From positions 1,984,001 through 2,048,000 of the forward strand of contig NC_043015.1 in NCBI RefSeq assembly GCF_006345805.1: a stretch of 64,000 bases of DNA, read 5' to 3'. The stretch comes from Octopus sinensis. Lineage: Eukaryota. The position numbers and the translations under genes were made by a program. This document shows, piece by piece, positions 12,425 to 25,805 of this stretch; position 1 is the first letter of the stretch, and each line of letters starts with the position of its first letter. The notes beneath the pieces were generated by a model. That model was not told the origin of the DNA. It was given only the letters and a program-made list of their open reading frames with translations, and did no database searches.

Positions 12425-12655
12425 TTTTCCCGAAATGCAATTCGTAAAAGTCTGCCATTTACCGGATGTAATATATGTAAACCAACCCATGTGCTTCGTT
12501 GAAGTCGAGCGGTTAGCTGCTCGGCTTGGACGAGGTGGGTTCGTTTATTTATGATACATCCAGGCTTGCTGATGAATACAGAGGTATGAAATCACAGGTG
12601 ATACAAGTCCATATTTTTAAATGTCTTACTTTGAAAAATTGCATTCGGTGGGATT
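12425..12655 (+). ncRNA. retrozyme-like structured RNA unit containing a complete type I HHR
   Basis: Long G-U-rich hairpin at 12464-12561, HHR at 12563-12609, and a closing stem from 12431-12451 pairing with 12628-12647. Confidence 0.6.
12563..12609 (+). ncRNA. type I hammerhead ribozyme, canonical core
   Basis: ggcuug CUGAUGA AUAC agag GUAU GAAA UCAC ag GUGA UA caaguc: 6-bp stem I, 4-bp stem II, 5-bp stem III, AUA triplet, predicted cut after 12603. Confidence 0.85.
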
Positions 12656-13103
12656 AGTAAAATTTTTGGTAGAAATGACTAATTTTGTCCCTCTTAGCGT
12701 GTGGCATGTATGTATAATAATGCCCTCTATATATAAATTTATATATATATATATATATAATATATATATATAAATGTGTGCGTGTATATACATACATATA
12801 TATATATATATATACATAAAACAAATGACAAAGAGAAGATGTAATTTACGAGAATATATTATTATTCACAACACTTCTTTCGACACATACACCAATAATT
12901 AAAAAATAACTCGTTAAAATGACTGTTCCACAATTCAACTTTCTGTTTTGGAGAGGGGTAAACAGCCAGATGGAAGGAAATTCATCGTATACTTAGAATG
13001 TCACCCCTCAAAAGATAATTGCAGAAGACTAAAAGAGAAACGAACAATTAATCCAAGAAAAGGGTTGAATATATATATTATATATATAATATATATATAT
13101 AAT

Positions 13104-13150
<47 letters not shown>

Positions 13151-13199
13151 TATAATATATATTATATATAATATATATATATATATATTATATATATAT

Positions 13200-13273
<74 letters not shown>

Positions 13274-13366
13274 GTATATATATATATTATATATATATTA
13301 TATATATATATAATATATATATACAGATATATATATATATATATATATACAAATATATATATACAG

Positions 13367-13397
<31 letters not shown>

Positions 13398-13432
13398 ATA
13401 TATATATATATACATATACATATACATATACA

Positions 13433-13482
<50 letters not shown>

Positions 13483-13487
13483 TAATA

Positions 13488-13795
13488 AATATTAGGAATA
13501 AATCCAAATTTACAGGGAAAAAATCAGATTAAGGATTAAATCCAATTTTATAGTAAAATATTATATAATATTAATTCGAGACAAAACCACTATTTTGCAA
13601 AACAAACAAGGAAAGGCTTAATCAATACATAAACATTTTTAACATAAAGAAATAACCCGCCACTACAATCGTTTCATGTCTTCAATGACATTGTAGTGGC
13701 GGTTTATTTCTTTATATTAAAAATTTTTATGTATTGATTAAGTCTTTCCTTGTTTGTTTTGCAAAATAGTTGTTTTGTCTCGGATTAATATTATA
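13488..13795. repeat. family F repeat with ~230-bp imperfect palindrome
   Basis: Arms about 13563-13670 and 13690-13795 are reverse complements (gagacaaaac/gttttgtctc, cgccactacaat/attgtagtggcg). Flanked by (TA)n. Confidence 0.85.
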
Positions 13796-13817
13796 TATAT
13801 ACATATATATATACTCA

Positions 13818-14012
13818 CTCTCTTTACACTTTTACTTGTTTCAGTCATTTGACTGCGGCCATTCTGGAGCACCGCCTTTAGTCGAGAAAATTGACCCCAG
13901 GTCTTATTCTATCAGGCCCTTTTGCCGAACCGGTAAGTGACGGCGACGTAAGTACAGCGGTTGTCAAGCACTGCTAGGGGGACAAATACAGACACACAAA
14001 CATACACACATA
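13818..14012 (-). mobile_element. SINE family A, 3' half
   Basis: cttttacttgtttcagtcatttgactgcggccattctggagcaccgcc is the family A tail in reverse complement. Confidence 0.85.
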
Positions 14013-14223
14013 TATATATATACATATATATACACATATGCATAATAACACCATATGTTGCATATGTATTATACTATACCTTTGATACTGTAGGGACTAG
14101 GATCATTGTTGACAGGCAGCTGATATTTATAGAGTGTTAAGCATTTCCGGTATCCAAATTAGGGACTCCTTCGTAGAGTGACTGCTGCATCTGGTGAATA
14201 TATAAACATTTTGGGCTCTCTTT

Positions 14224-14287
14224 AGACTGTCAGATTAATGTGGACGTCTCTGATGAGAACTACATAACGTTCGAAAATCGGTTTAGT
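14224..14287 (+). ncRNA. hammerhead-like motif with intact core and weak stems I/III
   Basis: CUGAUGA (14250-14256), GAAC uacauaac GUUC, GAAA (14273-14276), then self-complementary AAUCGGUU and U. Confidence 0.5.
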
Positions 14288-15321
14288 TTCTCCGTAATTT
14301 TTGTCAGTCTCCGGAGAAATAACTGAAATCTGCCCTGTTTATAATTATGCCGTATGTTACGTTTGTATTTATACGAGTGTATAAGTATATATTTGTATAT
14401 ATACATACACACCCGCGCAAACGCAAAATTATGGTTTATATTCTATTCTAGTCGTATTTTCTCTCTTAGCCTTTTCTTTCTTTCCCTCTTGTATTTTTTT
14501 CTATTTCATCTTGTGCAAACGCATTCCGCTGCTCCATATTGTTCTGAAGTGTTTTCGCCCCAAGCAACAAAAGAAAGCATATATTTTCCGTTGTTTTTTT
14601 CTCATTGTTTGGAAAGCTCTTCATTGTGAATCATAATTTTCTAATTTACTTGCTGGCAAATTTTCCTTTCGTATTTTTCTCATAAATTATTGCCTGCACA
14701 TCTTGTCATTGCGTAAGCACACGGATCCTGTGGAAACTAAAGTCAGATTGTTAAAATTACTGCTCCTGGCTGGACACCAGTCGACTGCTGTGGAGGAGTA
14801 TGCGCTTATATACATATGTGTGTGCTTGTGTTTACTCATGTTTTTTCCGTTTCCCATTTTAATTATTCTCTGATGTTCCCTCTCTAGCATTATACATACA
14901 TTCTAATAGACCTGTACACACACAAGAACTCACCACCACCACCACCACCACCACCACCACCACCACAACCACTACATAACTAGAGAGATAGATGAGGAGA
15001 GATAAGTCAGCGAGAAAGTCGGAGAGAGAAGAGAGAAAATGTATAAGTTTTCATGCATGTGGCATGTATATAGTCATAAATTATAGCAAATGAAAAGATT
15101 ATCAAAATCAGATGTTATTTATAACAAACGATAAGCTAAATAAAGGGTGAATTAATTATTCTCAGAATTTTAGTGTAAGTACAGTGAATAAACGAAGAAG
15201 ACATTCATTGACAGTAAGCATCCCTCTTCTTAATAATGTAAGTCAATGCTTTTTATAAAAGATGACTGTGCTTACATAATAATTTATTTATTTCAAATGT
15301 TTGCACTAGGCCAGCGGTTTT

Positions 15322-15793
15322 CGAGGGTGGGGGTTAGTTGATTACATCGTTCCCAGAGTCCAACTTTTAATAATCTTATCGAATCCGATACGATGAAAGG
15401 CTAAGTCGAACTTTGCCTTTGAATTCAGAACTTAAAAACAACTGAAATGCCACTGAGTATTTTGATTGGTGTGCTAACGTTTTTTACTTCTTTATTGCCC
15501 ACAAGGGGCTAAACGTAGGGGGGACAAAGAAGGACAGACAAAGGGATTAAGTCGATTACATCGACCCCAGTGCGTAACTGGTACTTAATTTATCGCCCCC
15601 GAAAGGATGGAAGGCAAAGTTGACTCAGTGGAATTTGAACTCAGAAAGTAATGGCAGACGAAATACCTATTTCTTTACTACTCACAAGGGGCTAAACACA
15701 GATGGACAAACGGATTAAGTTTATTATATCGACCCAAGTGCGTAACTGGTTCTTATTTAATCGACCACGAATGAATGAATGGCAAAGTGGACC
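15322..15793 (-). mobile_element. cluster of three adjacent/nested SINE family E copies
   Basis: The motif tcgacccc..gaaaggatgaaaggcaaagt.gac..cgg..ggaatttgaactcag recurs at about 15370-15430, 15590-15645 and 15760-15793. Confidence 0.75.
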
Positions 15794-15997
15794 TCGGCGG
15801 AATTTGAACTCAGGTTGAGAAATGTGTGTCTGCACATATACTTTTGTGTGCTTATGAATCTATATGGAAGCCTATACAGGAAAGTAGAGTGATATTTAAT
15901 TTGGCCTTGCTGCGTCGTATTCGATATATATTATATATGTATATATGTATATATCTAACTATCAATATATATATACGTATATATATATATTATATTA

Positions 15998-16035
<38 letters not shown>

Positions 16036-16339
16036 TATATATACATGTAATATATATGTATATATATATATATATATATACATACATATATAATATATAT
16101 ATTATATATATATATATATATAATATATATATCATGTATATATGGATGAAAATAAGTATGTATCCTTTCTCTATAGGTGTATGTATGCCATATTTATAGA
16201 TATGCCTCAACCTACTTATGTATGAAAGCGAAAGTGAATGAGAGAGAGATGAGAGAGAGAGAGAGAGAGAGAGGGCGGCTGAGAATGATTGTGTGCATGT
16301 GACCGAGAGAGCATGAGATTCAAACGGAGTGAAAGAATG

Positions 16340-16375
<36 letters not shown>

Positions 16376-16848
16376 AAATAGAAAGATGAATAATCTTGTT
16401 GTAGATTAATCAAAAGTTAACCGATACCTTAGTAGCAAAAATCACAGCAGTAAACAGCACGGTTGGAGGTACAACCATCTGGCGTTGCAACCGTGCGTTG
16501 GTGCGGATACCAATAATGTATATATATATATATTATTATATATATATATATATATATTATTCGATATTACTTATTGGATGGATATCTTTAACAACGATTA
16601 CGAGATATATTCGATGAAAGCTGAGCTGTGACCACATGGTACATATATACCCGATACGCAATCTTAGAATCATGAAGATCAAACATTTCGATCATTCGTC
16701 TCAGAGACGACACGACTCTACATTTAGCAGATTACTGGAGGTGGTAGCCAGAACAACAGCGGGTATATCGACTGTTAGTTGAAAGATGAGAAAACTCCGC
16801 TGTGATGTAGATGAATCGCTTGAGGTAAAATCCGAAGAAATATCACAC

Positions 16849-16900
<52 letters not shown>

Positions 16901-17403
16901 AACCTATGTGTGTCTGTGTATTATACGTATGCATGTATACATATAATTGTATACGTGTGTGTGTCTCTACACACACTAGTACAGACACACAATGTATGTA
17001 TGTATAATATATATATATACATACATGCAAACATACATGCATACATACACATGTACATGTGTGTATAAACATATTATACTTTTGTATGCTTAAGAATGTA
17101 TATGGAAGCCTATACAGGAAAGTAGAGTGACATAATTTAATTTAGCATTGCTGTGCCTTAATCGTAGGTTCTTACCGCAGAACTATTTCTGTAAAGTGAT
17201 AATATTCACCGTAGTCTCCGCAACTTGACCTCATTCATATGCTCTGAACACTTATGTACACTCACACCGATGCACGTTGAAATATACGGTTGCGTAAATA
17301 CACAAAAAATACACACAATTGAAACATATTTATAGAAACGGAGACACACACACATACACCTCACACACACCACAACACAAGCACAAACATAAGCATGATA
17401 TAT

Positions 17404-17449
<46 letters not shown>

Positions 17450-17508
17450 ATATATATATGGTATATGTGTATATATATATATATATATATGTACATGTAT
17501 ATATATAG

Positions 17509-17539
<31 letters not shown>

Positions 17540-17545
17540 TATATA

Positions 17546-17586
<41 letters not shown>

Positions 17587-17897
17587 TTACAGAATGAGAT
17601 AAAATTTCAAGGCCGTGAAAGATTACAGATCATTTATAAAGAGGTCTTGCTGCTGTTTCCGGGATCAACTATTTTCCATTTTACGTTTCCTTCCTGTTTA
17701 CTAACGTCTCGGTCTCCTAATCTATAGAAACCACGGAATACAGCAATCACATATGAATACAGAATTTTGCTGTTTGTGTTGTGGTAAAAGTTGGGAACTG
17801 ATCACAAAAAAAACTTGTCGGTTGTTGAAGAACAGAGAAAGTTGATGAAGGGCTAGGAACATATTCTTTTGAAAAACATTGATATTCTTTCTTTTTT

Positions 17898-18294
17898 CTT
17901 TTACTTGTTTCAGTCAGTTGACTGCGGCCACGCTGGAGCACCGCCTTTAATCGAGCAACTCGACCCCGGGACTTATTCTTTTGTAAGCCCAGTACTTATT
18001 CTATCGGTCTCTTTCGCCGAACCGCTAAGTTACGGGGACATAAACACACCAGCATCGGTTGTCAAGCAATGCTAGGGGGAGCAAACACAGACACACAAAC
18101 ACACACACGCATGTATACATATGCATATATACGACGGGCTTCTTTCAATTTCCGTATACCAAATCCACTCACAAGCTTTGGTCGGCCCGAGGCTATAGTA
18201 GAAGACACTTGCCCAAGGTGCAACGCAGTGGGACTGAACTCGGAACCATGTGGTTGGTAAACAATCTACTTACCACACACCACATCCTGCGCCT
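17898..18294 (-). mobile_element. SINE family A, full length
   Basis: tRNA-like head (aggcgcagga..tggtaag...ggttccgagttcagtccc), internal microsatellite and tail all present. Confidence 0.9.
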
Positions 18295-18382
18295 ATATGC
18301 TGTTTTCAAAATACACTATTCTGTAGCTCAGCACCGAGCGGATGTATAGAAGAGGAGTTGTAAACATGTCATGATGTAAGGT

Positions 18383-18696
18383 GTGGAGGCACATGACATA
18401 GTTGTTAGAGCAGTGGACTTGATGTCGAGGTATCGCGGTTTCGAATCTCAGACCGGGCGATGTGCATGTGTGTTTATGATCGAAACACCTAGGCTCCACG
18501 CGGTTCCTGCACACGATAATGGGGAATGTCTGCTTATTCTTTCACCACTGTTTCTCTCACTCATTCCTCCTGCATCTAATAGCTTACCTGCGACGGATTG
18601 GCGTCCTGTCCAGGTGGGGAACCTATACGACAATGAAACCGGGAAACCGGCTCTTATAAGGCAGGCATGGCTTGAAAAGGAACAAACAACAATAAC
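18383..18696 (+). mobile_element. tRNA-derived SINE (head 1 + tail C)
   Basis: Head matches 1912-2060. Tail matches 32400-32560. Confidence 0.85.
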
Positions 18697-18829
18697 ATGA
18701 AGTATGGTACACATAATTTTCCTTCATACGTTTACCGCCAGGTCACCTCATACTGCACATTTTCAGGTACTTTTATGAAATCGAAACTAAAACTACTGGT
18801 CCGTGTTTGTTTTAATTTTTATACAATAT

Positions 18830-18992
18830 AGGCGCAGGAGTGGCTGTGTGGTAAGTAGCTTGCTTACCAACCACATGGTTCCGGGTTCAGTTCCAGTGCG
18901 TGGCACCTTGGGCAAGTGTCTTCTACTATAGCCTCGGGCGGAGCAAAACCTAGTGAGTGGATTTGGTAGACGGAAACTGAAAGAAGCCCGTC

Positions 18993-19031
<39 letters not shown>

Positions 19032-19266
19032 TGTGTGTGAGTGTGTGTGTGTGTGGTGTGTGTGCTTGTGTGTCTTTGTTTGTCCCCCCAACGTCGCTTG
19101 ACAACCGATACTGGTCCCCGTAACTTAGTGGTTCGGTAAAAATAGACCGATGTAATAAGTACTAGGCTTACAAAGAATAGGTCCTGGGGTCGATTTGCTC
19201 GACTAAAGGTGGTGCTCCAGCATGGCCACAGTAAAATGACTGAAACAAGTAAAAGAGAGTAAAGAG
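18830..19266 (+). mobile_element. SINE family A, full length
   Basis: A/B-box-like head, internal (TA)n(GT)n, and tail ending gactgaaacaagtaaaagag. Confidence 0.9.
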
Positions 19267-20649
19267 TAATGTGCAATTTTAGCGATTTATTTTTTCTGTT
19301 GTCCTACACGAGTAAACCTAGAAATTAACATATTTTAGATAATAAATCTTTTCGAGAATTTAATCAAATACTTCACTCGAAAAAATCACTAGTGGCTAAG
19401 CAGCATTGTCACCAATGACAACAATGCAGTGAGTAGTAAAAAGTTAATTACAATCAGTAACGATTATGTGGTAAAATAATAGTTATTAAATTTTAATCGT
19501 CTCGGCAATATCAGGAGACAACTGTGATAATGTTTTTTCAAAAAATATCGTTTTAAACTAGATATCACGCATGAATTCCGTCAGGAAAGTATACTAATTA
19601 TCATGTGTAGTTGAATATAATATTATATATTCATTTAGTAATTAATTATGTGATGAGAATCCGGGTATTACGGTGAAATTTTCGCTTAACTCTTGAGTTA
19701 TAATAAAGAGATGGAAACGTGTTCGAACGTTTTTCAGATATTAATCGGAGGATATAAATTAATGTTAGTCTTTGATTAATATTGGCTTTTTATTAAGCCA
19801 CAATTATGACGAATTTGTTATTCTCAGTCTTGCTGCTTTTACTGTTTTAATTTAGTAGAAGTAATTTTACTAATGCTTTCACAAACAATAGCATGCACAC
19901 ATACATATGTACAGACAGATGTTTACTCGCACACGCATGCGATTACGTGCAAACACTCACACATGCACACGCACACATTCAACTAACGAATGAATTTAAT
20001 ATAATTTCAGAAAAGTAAGACTAACATACATAACCATCTTCAATTACTTTATAGTAATTTCTCGCACCAGATTCTTGGCTTTGATTCTGTTGTCGTAATA
20101 TATTTCATGTATGTCCATTCAGTATCTTTCGTATATGAAATACCAAACTATCCAACAAGCAGTTTTCATTTCACTCTAGTGTATGATATAAGAAACACTT
20201 GTATCATTTGCTTTTGTGGGTCCACATCGCTCTTGATAATTCTTCCTTGAATTGAAGCAACGGTATTCCATCCATGCCGATCCCATATTATTTGGCATAT
20301 CCAAGACTAAGTTGTCTGAAATGGGATCTTTTTTCAGATTCTGAAACTGCCATGACGTAGATTATCTGATCATGCAGACCAACGACGCCGGGCTGAAAAT
20401 AAATAGCGGTATTTCGCCCGTCGCTAAGTGCTGAGTTTAAATTCTGCAGTGGTCATCTTTGCTTTCATCCTCCATGTCTGCTGTTCACTACAAGTGAACC
20501 AAGGTAACACTCCTTATCTCAGATTATTATTATTGTTATTGTAATTATTGTTGTTGTTGTTGTTATTATTATTATTATTATTATTATATTATTATTATTA
20601 TTATTATTATTAATATTATTCTGCAATGGGATCAGTGGATGTTCCACTT

Positions 20650-21495
20650 TAGAAATTTATAGAAGATTAGTAGCGTGGAAGTGCGACTACGTTTTCGGGG
20701 AGATTCTGGGCCCCGAAAAAAACGAATTGGCTAGCCTGTTCCGGAGCACTTTCTGATCGGGAATTATCATGTGTAATTTCCAGATCTTCTTGGCCTGGCA
20801 GTGCTACAGGAAACGCTACAGGTTCGAGATAAACTCTACAGGCTCGAGAAAAGCACAGTGTGACGAAACCCTTCTGCACGCACTCGTTCAGTGTCCGGAT
20901 ATTGCTGACTTGTGGGGTTATGTCGAACAGCTACTGTCATGTGTGAAATGGATCCGTATGCTTGCCAAATCTGTAGTGATGATTTCCCTACCGCCTTACT
21001 TCAATCTGGCACGCAAGGTAGTTTTCCTTATTACTCGTAGCTGCGGCGAAAGCAGCTGTTTGATCGACATGAGATCAGATACATTCCTCTTAAGTTGAAC
21101 TCTCATTGACTACTTCAAGTTTAACTTGGAAAAGAAATTGAGTGTGGGGAGGGAAGTGCCGTAGTCGGGTAAGTTTACAGAAAAGTGGGTGAAAGTCGCG
21201 AAAATTGTAAGAGTGGATGGTACGTCTCTTAGTGTAGACCTGTAAATCAGAGAGTAGGAATTGGAGAGGACACTTGTGGGTTCCGTCGATTATTAGAGGT
21301 TCTTCTGTATCACAAGGGCTACATCTCTACCATCCTACCCACATCTTCTCTACTATATATATGCCTCTTCCTCTCTATTGTGTACTGTGTATACTTATAA
21401 TTTTTCTATCATTTTATTACATGTAACCCCCACATCTTTATGTTTGTCTTTCTATTTTCTACGTTACCCTTCGCCTTAGTGGTAAAGAAATGAAA
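20650..21495 (+). mobile_element. Tx1/L1-clade LINE, 3' fragment (zf-RVT region + 3' UTR)
   Basis: LAWQCYR...(LQVRDKL)...DETLLHALVQCPDIADLWGYVEQLLS resembles the L1/Tx1 C-terminal Cys/His domain. Ends aaagaaa before a microsatellite. Confidence 0.7.
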
Positions 21496-21790
21496 TCATC
21501 ATCATCATCATCATCATCGTCATCATCATAATTATTATTATTATTATTATTATTATTGTTATTATCAGCATCATTATTATTATCATCATTATTATTATTA
21601 TCATCATTATCATTATTATCATCATCATCATCATCATCAATCATCATCATCATCATCATCATCATCATTATTATTATTATTATTGTTGTTGGTGGTGTTG
21701 CTGTTATGGCTATTGTTACCATTATTATTTTCATCATCATGATCATCATCGTCGTCGTCGTCGTAGCCGTGGTTGTTGTTGTAGATATTA
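21496..21790. repeat. compound (CAT/TAT/GTT)n array
   Basis: Visible directly. Confidence 0.95.
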
Positions 21791-23129
21791 TCATATACTA
21801 GCATTTTGTTGTTATTACTATCTGCCACTTTCAGCACCAGCCTATTCCATTAATATTTCATGGTACAAATACTGCATTATTGATATCAGATAAGTATCTT
21901 AACGCTAACGTCTATATTATTTCTGAACGCATGCCCTAGTAAACTTTAACTCCTAAATTAGTGTCACTGCCACAAGTCAAGAGGAACAGCCCTCCATGAT
22001 CCTTAAATTTTGCTCCTCCCAGCTTTCGTATCACTTTCAAACTGCAAAATTCAGTCTTAAAAATACTCTGGAAAAAACATAAGAGACTGGAAAAACATAA
22101 CCGACCCCTACTTCTGGCACAGTGGTGGCTTCAAACTTTGATAACTTGATGCAAAGTATTACCAGCTAGAACAGCAACAAAACAACAAAGAACAACAGTA
22201 GCAATAACAGTAACAAGACAAAATTAGAGAAAAGGGTAGTAACTCACTCTTTATTGAGAGACTTCAGAGCTCTTCTGTAAATTCATTTTAAAAACTGTCG
22301 TTTGAATAAAATTTATACGCTTGGAGGCGTTAATTTTTATGGAGGAATGTATGATTAGCTATTCTCACATGTCTTTCCGTTATCTAAAACTGAGCAATCT
22401 GATTAAAAAAAGGTTGGGCGGCTCTTTCTTTCTTAATGAACAACTTCAGAGATTCTACTCGGTTTTGAAATATTCAAACACTAAACCGGCTCTCACCAGA
22501 CATACTCTTTTGATATACAGAATTTCAAACGGATATCAGTTCTAGTGAAGGAAGCCTTGAGATGTCAACGATTCTTGCTGACATCTGAAGGTGTTCGGAA
22601 GAGTTCATAGCAAAAGTTGCACCAGCAAATATATTTTTTGTGTTCAATTCTGAAAATTGAGCACAAATGTATATGTCTCCTCATTTTTAAATCTTGAAGG
22701 TAAGTATATTTTTGTCACATATGGTTGTAAGTTATCATATTTGTGGTGTTGCTTGGTACTACATTAAACGCCAGCATCATACACTCTACGAGAAATCGTT
22801 AACTTTGATATATTTCATTTTATATCTCAAATATGATTGACGTAAAGTCACCGATCTATTTGAACATGACCGCAGTGTCAGAAATCTAAAATTGACAAAA
22901 TGGAGTAGAATCATAATTAAGGTTGGTCTTACATTTGAGTGTGATATATATTAACGAGTCTCCCATCTGACAGGAATACATGCGTATGCCTGTATGTGTG
23001 TACGTGTGTGCCTGTGTGTGCACTCAACTTACATAGTTACATATACGTGTAGGCTACATATATGTATATACACACACACATACGTATCCACACACACACA
23101 TACATATATATGTATATATATATATATAA

Positions 23130-23239
<110 letters not shown>

Positions 23240-24919
23240 ATATATATATATAGTATATAAAGAGAAAGTGAAAGGGAATTATAGAGAGACAGACAGAGCT
23301 AGACATATCATCTTTCGTCGGCTGACTCCCCTATCTCTCTGGAAGGTGAGATACTGCTCATTAGTTAACTATTCCATTTTTTCTCGATAGTGAAATAAAT
23401 GAAATGAAATGAAGCGAACACAACACATAATTTTAACATTTTTAGTCTGTTTGATTCCCCTTTGTTTTATCCTTTCATCTACACAGTCCTTTGTAATCGT
23501 AGATAAAGGCTGCAATTAGATTTTGATTTAATCTCTTCGGTGCAAAATAATTATTGTTCTGTTAATTGCATTATTTACATTACAAAGAAAGCTCACAGTC
23601 ATGTATTCATACACGCGCGCACATCCTCACACACATTTATATATATATATGATACGTAAATGTATATACGTATGTGTGTATAATTTATTTTTGGCATGGT
23701 ACAATATGTCCGGCACGATGTTTCGTACGTAAGACTGCAGTCGCACACGCACACCTATGCATACACACATAATTACATATATATATACATACATATACCT
23801 ATGCATACAGGCAGACGTAAATATATATATGGTTACACACACATATATATATAAACACAAATGCATATATAAGCATACACACACGTATATGAATCCGCCT
23901 ATCGATGAGTGCACTTTTAGATATATCGGTTTTATGTGTATACATATATATGTAAGAAAAATATATCTAGATAATTTCTGCTGATTCTGTAGTTCTACTG
24001 AGTCTGCTAAACACTCCCATATTTTACTAGAAAGCTTGCAGTTTAAATGACAACGTCACATATTTTGCTGGCGAATATGTAATCAATTAAATTGCTTCTG
24101 GAAATTATACGTTGGCTAGTTTATACACGCTGGAATGAAAAACGTCAAATTTGACATCGGAAATATTTCACCTGAATACGTAATATTACAAGGCTTATGG
24201 ACAAATATTTTAAGCAAAAAAAATTGAACAAACCAACAAACAAATAAAGAAAAATCGCTCATACCTGTACAGGTCTACTTCAGCATATATAATTCCATAC
24301 GTAACCTTGGCAATTTCTTGAAATTATTAACTTCGGACTGATGTCAATTGCAGTGTTCTTCACGGGGCATAATGCGAAAATGCAAAATACAGGTAGTTAA
24401 AAACTGTTAGAATTTTGTTCACATATGAGCCTATTCAGTGACCAGGAGTCAATGTGCCCATAGCTAAAGATTGATATTTAAAATATATAAAGGTAAATTA
24501 TTTTTTGGTAGAATGAGGGTAATTTAAACACATAACGTATATGACAAAAATATCTAAGATGAATAACATATTTTGCATACATTTCTAAGATGGTCATTTA
24601 GTCTTCGAGCAGGTAAAAAATAAATGAAATCGAAAACGTAGTTAATTATATTGTATTGGTTTACTAGACGAGTTTACAGAAATTGAAGACTCTGTTAAGA
24701 ATTGAGCATTCTTGTTGAAGTGCCTGTGAATGAGCAGAAAAATAGGATTGTTGTATTGTTACCCACGCCAACATGATTAACTCCTCATTTAACCTGACTG
24801 AAATATACCACGTGCAATCAATGGACATATATCTGAGGACTTATAAAAGTGAACGCTAAAAATAATGTTTTGTGACTTCCTCAGCGGAGGGAAGTATCTT
24901 GTCTAGACTCATTTTTGTC

Positions 24920-25805
24920 TTTGCTGTAGTTTCAGCTCATATCTGCGGCCATGCTGATGCACGGCCGTTTTGCTACACTGTTATTACTGAGTTCCTCTTC
25001 CAATATATGTCACTTGGTTAAGAATGGAGTTTGATGTATCTACACTCATTTGCACCTCTTGCCGTGAGGTAGGTTCATCTGGGTCTCTCGACAGGCAGAT
25101 GTCCAGCTTTGATTTAAAACCGCTTACGTCCACTTTCTGCAGGTTTCTCAGGTTCTTTGGGAAAATATTAAAAAGCTGTGGGCCACTGAAACCCAGGTTG
25201 TTGCAGTAGCTGGTCCTGAAGCGTGATGGCGTTACTGCGTTCTTTGGCACTATGCAGTGTCGTCCCGTTCTAGCATTGTTGTAGCTTTCAATGCCAAAAG
25301 TTGGCATAATTCCTTCGAGGATCTTCCAGACGTATATTACTGAATACCTCTCCCGTCTTTTCCCCAGGCAGAAGAGTCTTAGCTGTTTCAACCTTTCCCA
25401 GTAGCTGAGCTGTTGCAAAGAGATGATCTTCTTTGATAAAAAATTCTCTGGATTGTTTCATGGTCCGCTGTTAATTTCACTCAGGTGGGTGACCATAGCT
25501 GTGAGCAGTAATCCAAGCGGCTGAGGACGAGTATCTTCCAGAGGACCATCATGGTTTCCTTACCTTTGGTTCTGAATGTTCTTAGGATCCATCCAGGCAG
25601 TCGTTTACACTTTGTCGCCATCCTGGTAATGTGCACTTGGAAAGAGGTATCGTCACTCATATCGATACCCAGATCCGTCACTGCTTTATGCTCTGGGATT
25701 GAAATTCCCTGTGGACCAGTGTACCCATCTTCATGCTTAGTTTTGCAATACAAGTAATCTTCCAGTGACTGGGTTTGGTTCTCTTTGCTTAGTTGTGGAA
25801 TCATT
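24920..25805 (-). mobile_element. CR1/L2-like LINE, 5'-truncated ORF2 C-terminus + tail
   Basis: VTDLGIDMSDDTSFQVHI...WILRTF...LVLSRLDYCSQLWSP and LSYWERLKQLRLF...RRERYSVIYVWKILEG are typical post-RT motifs of this clade. Confidence 0.9.

Noticed and set aside
22520-22705. Exon-like block ending in a strong donor AAG|gtaagt
   Set aside because: All three frames contain stops from the candidate acceptor and there is no homology cue.
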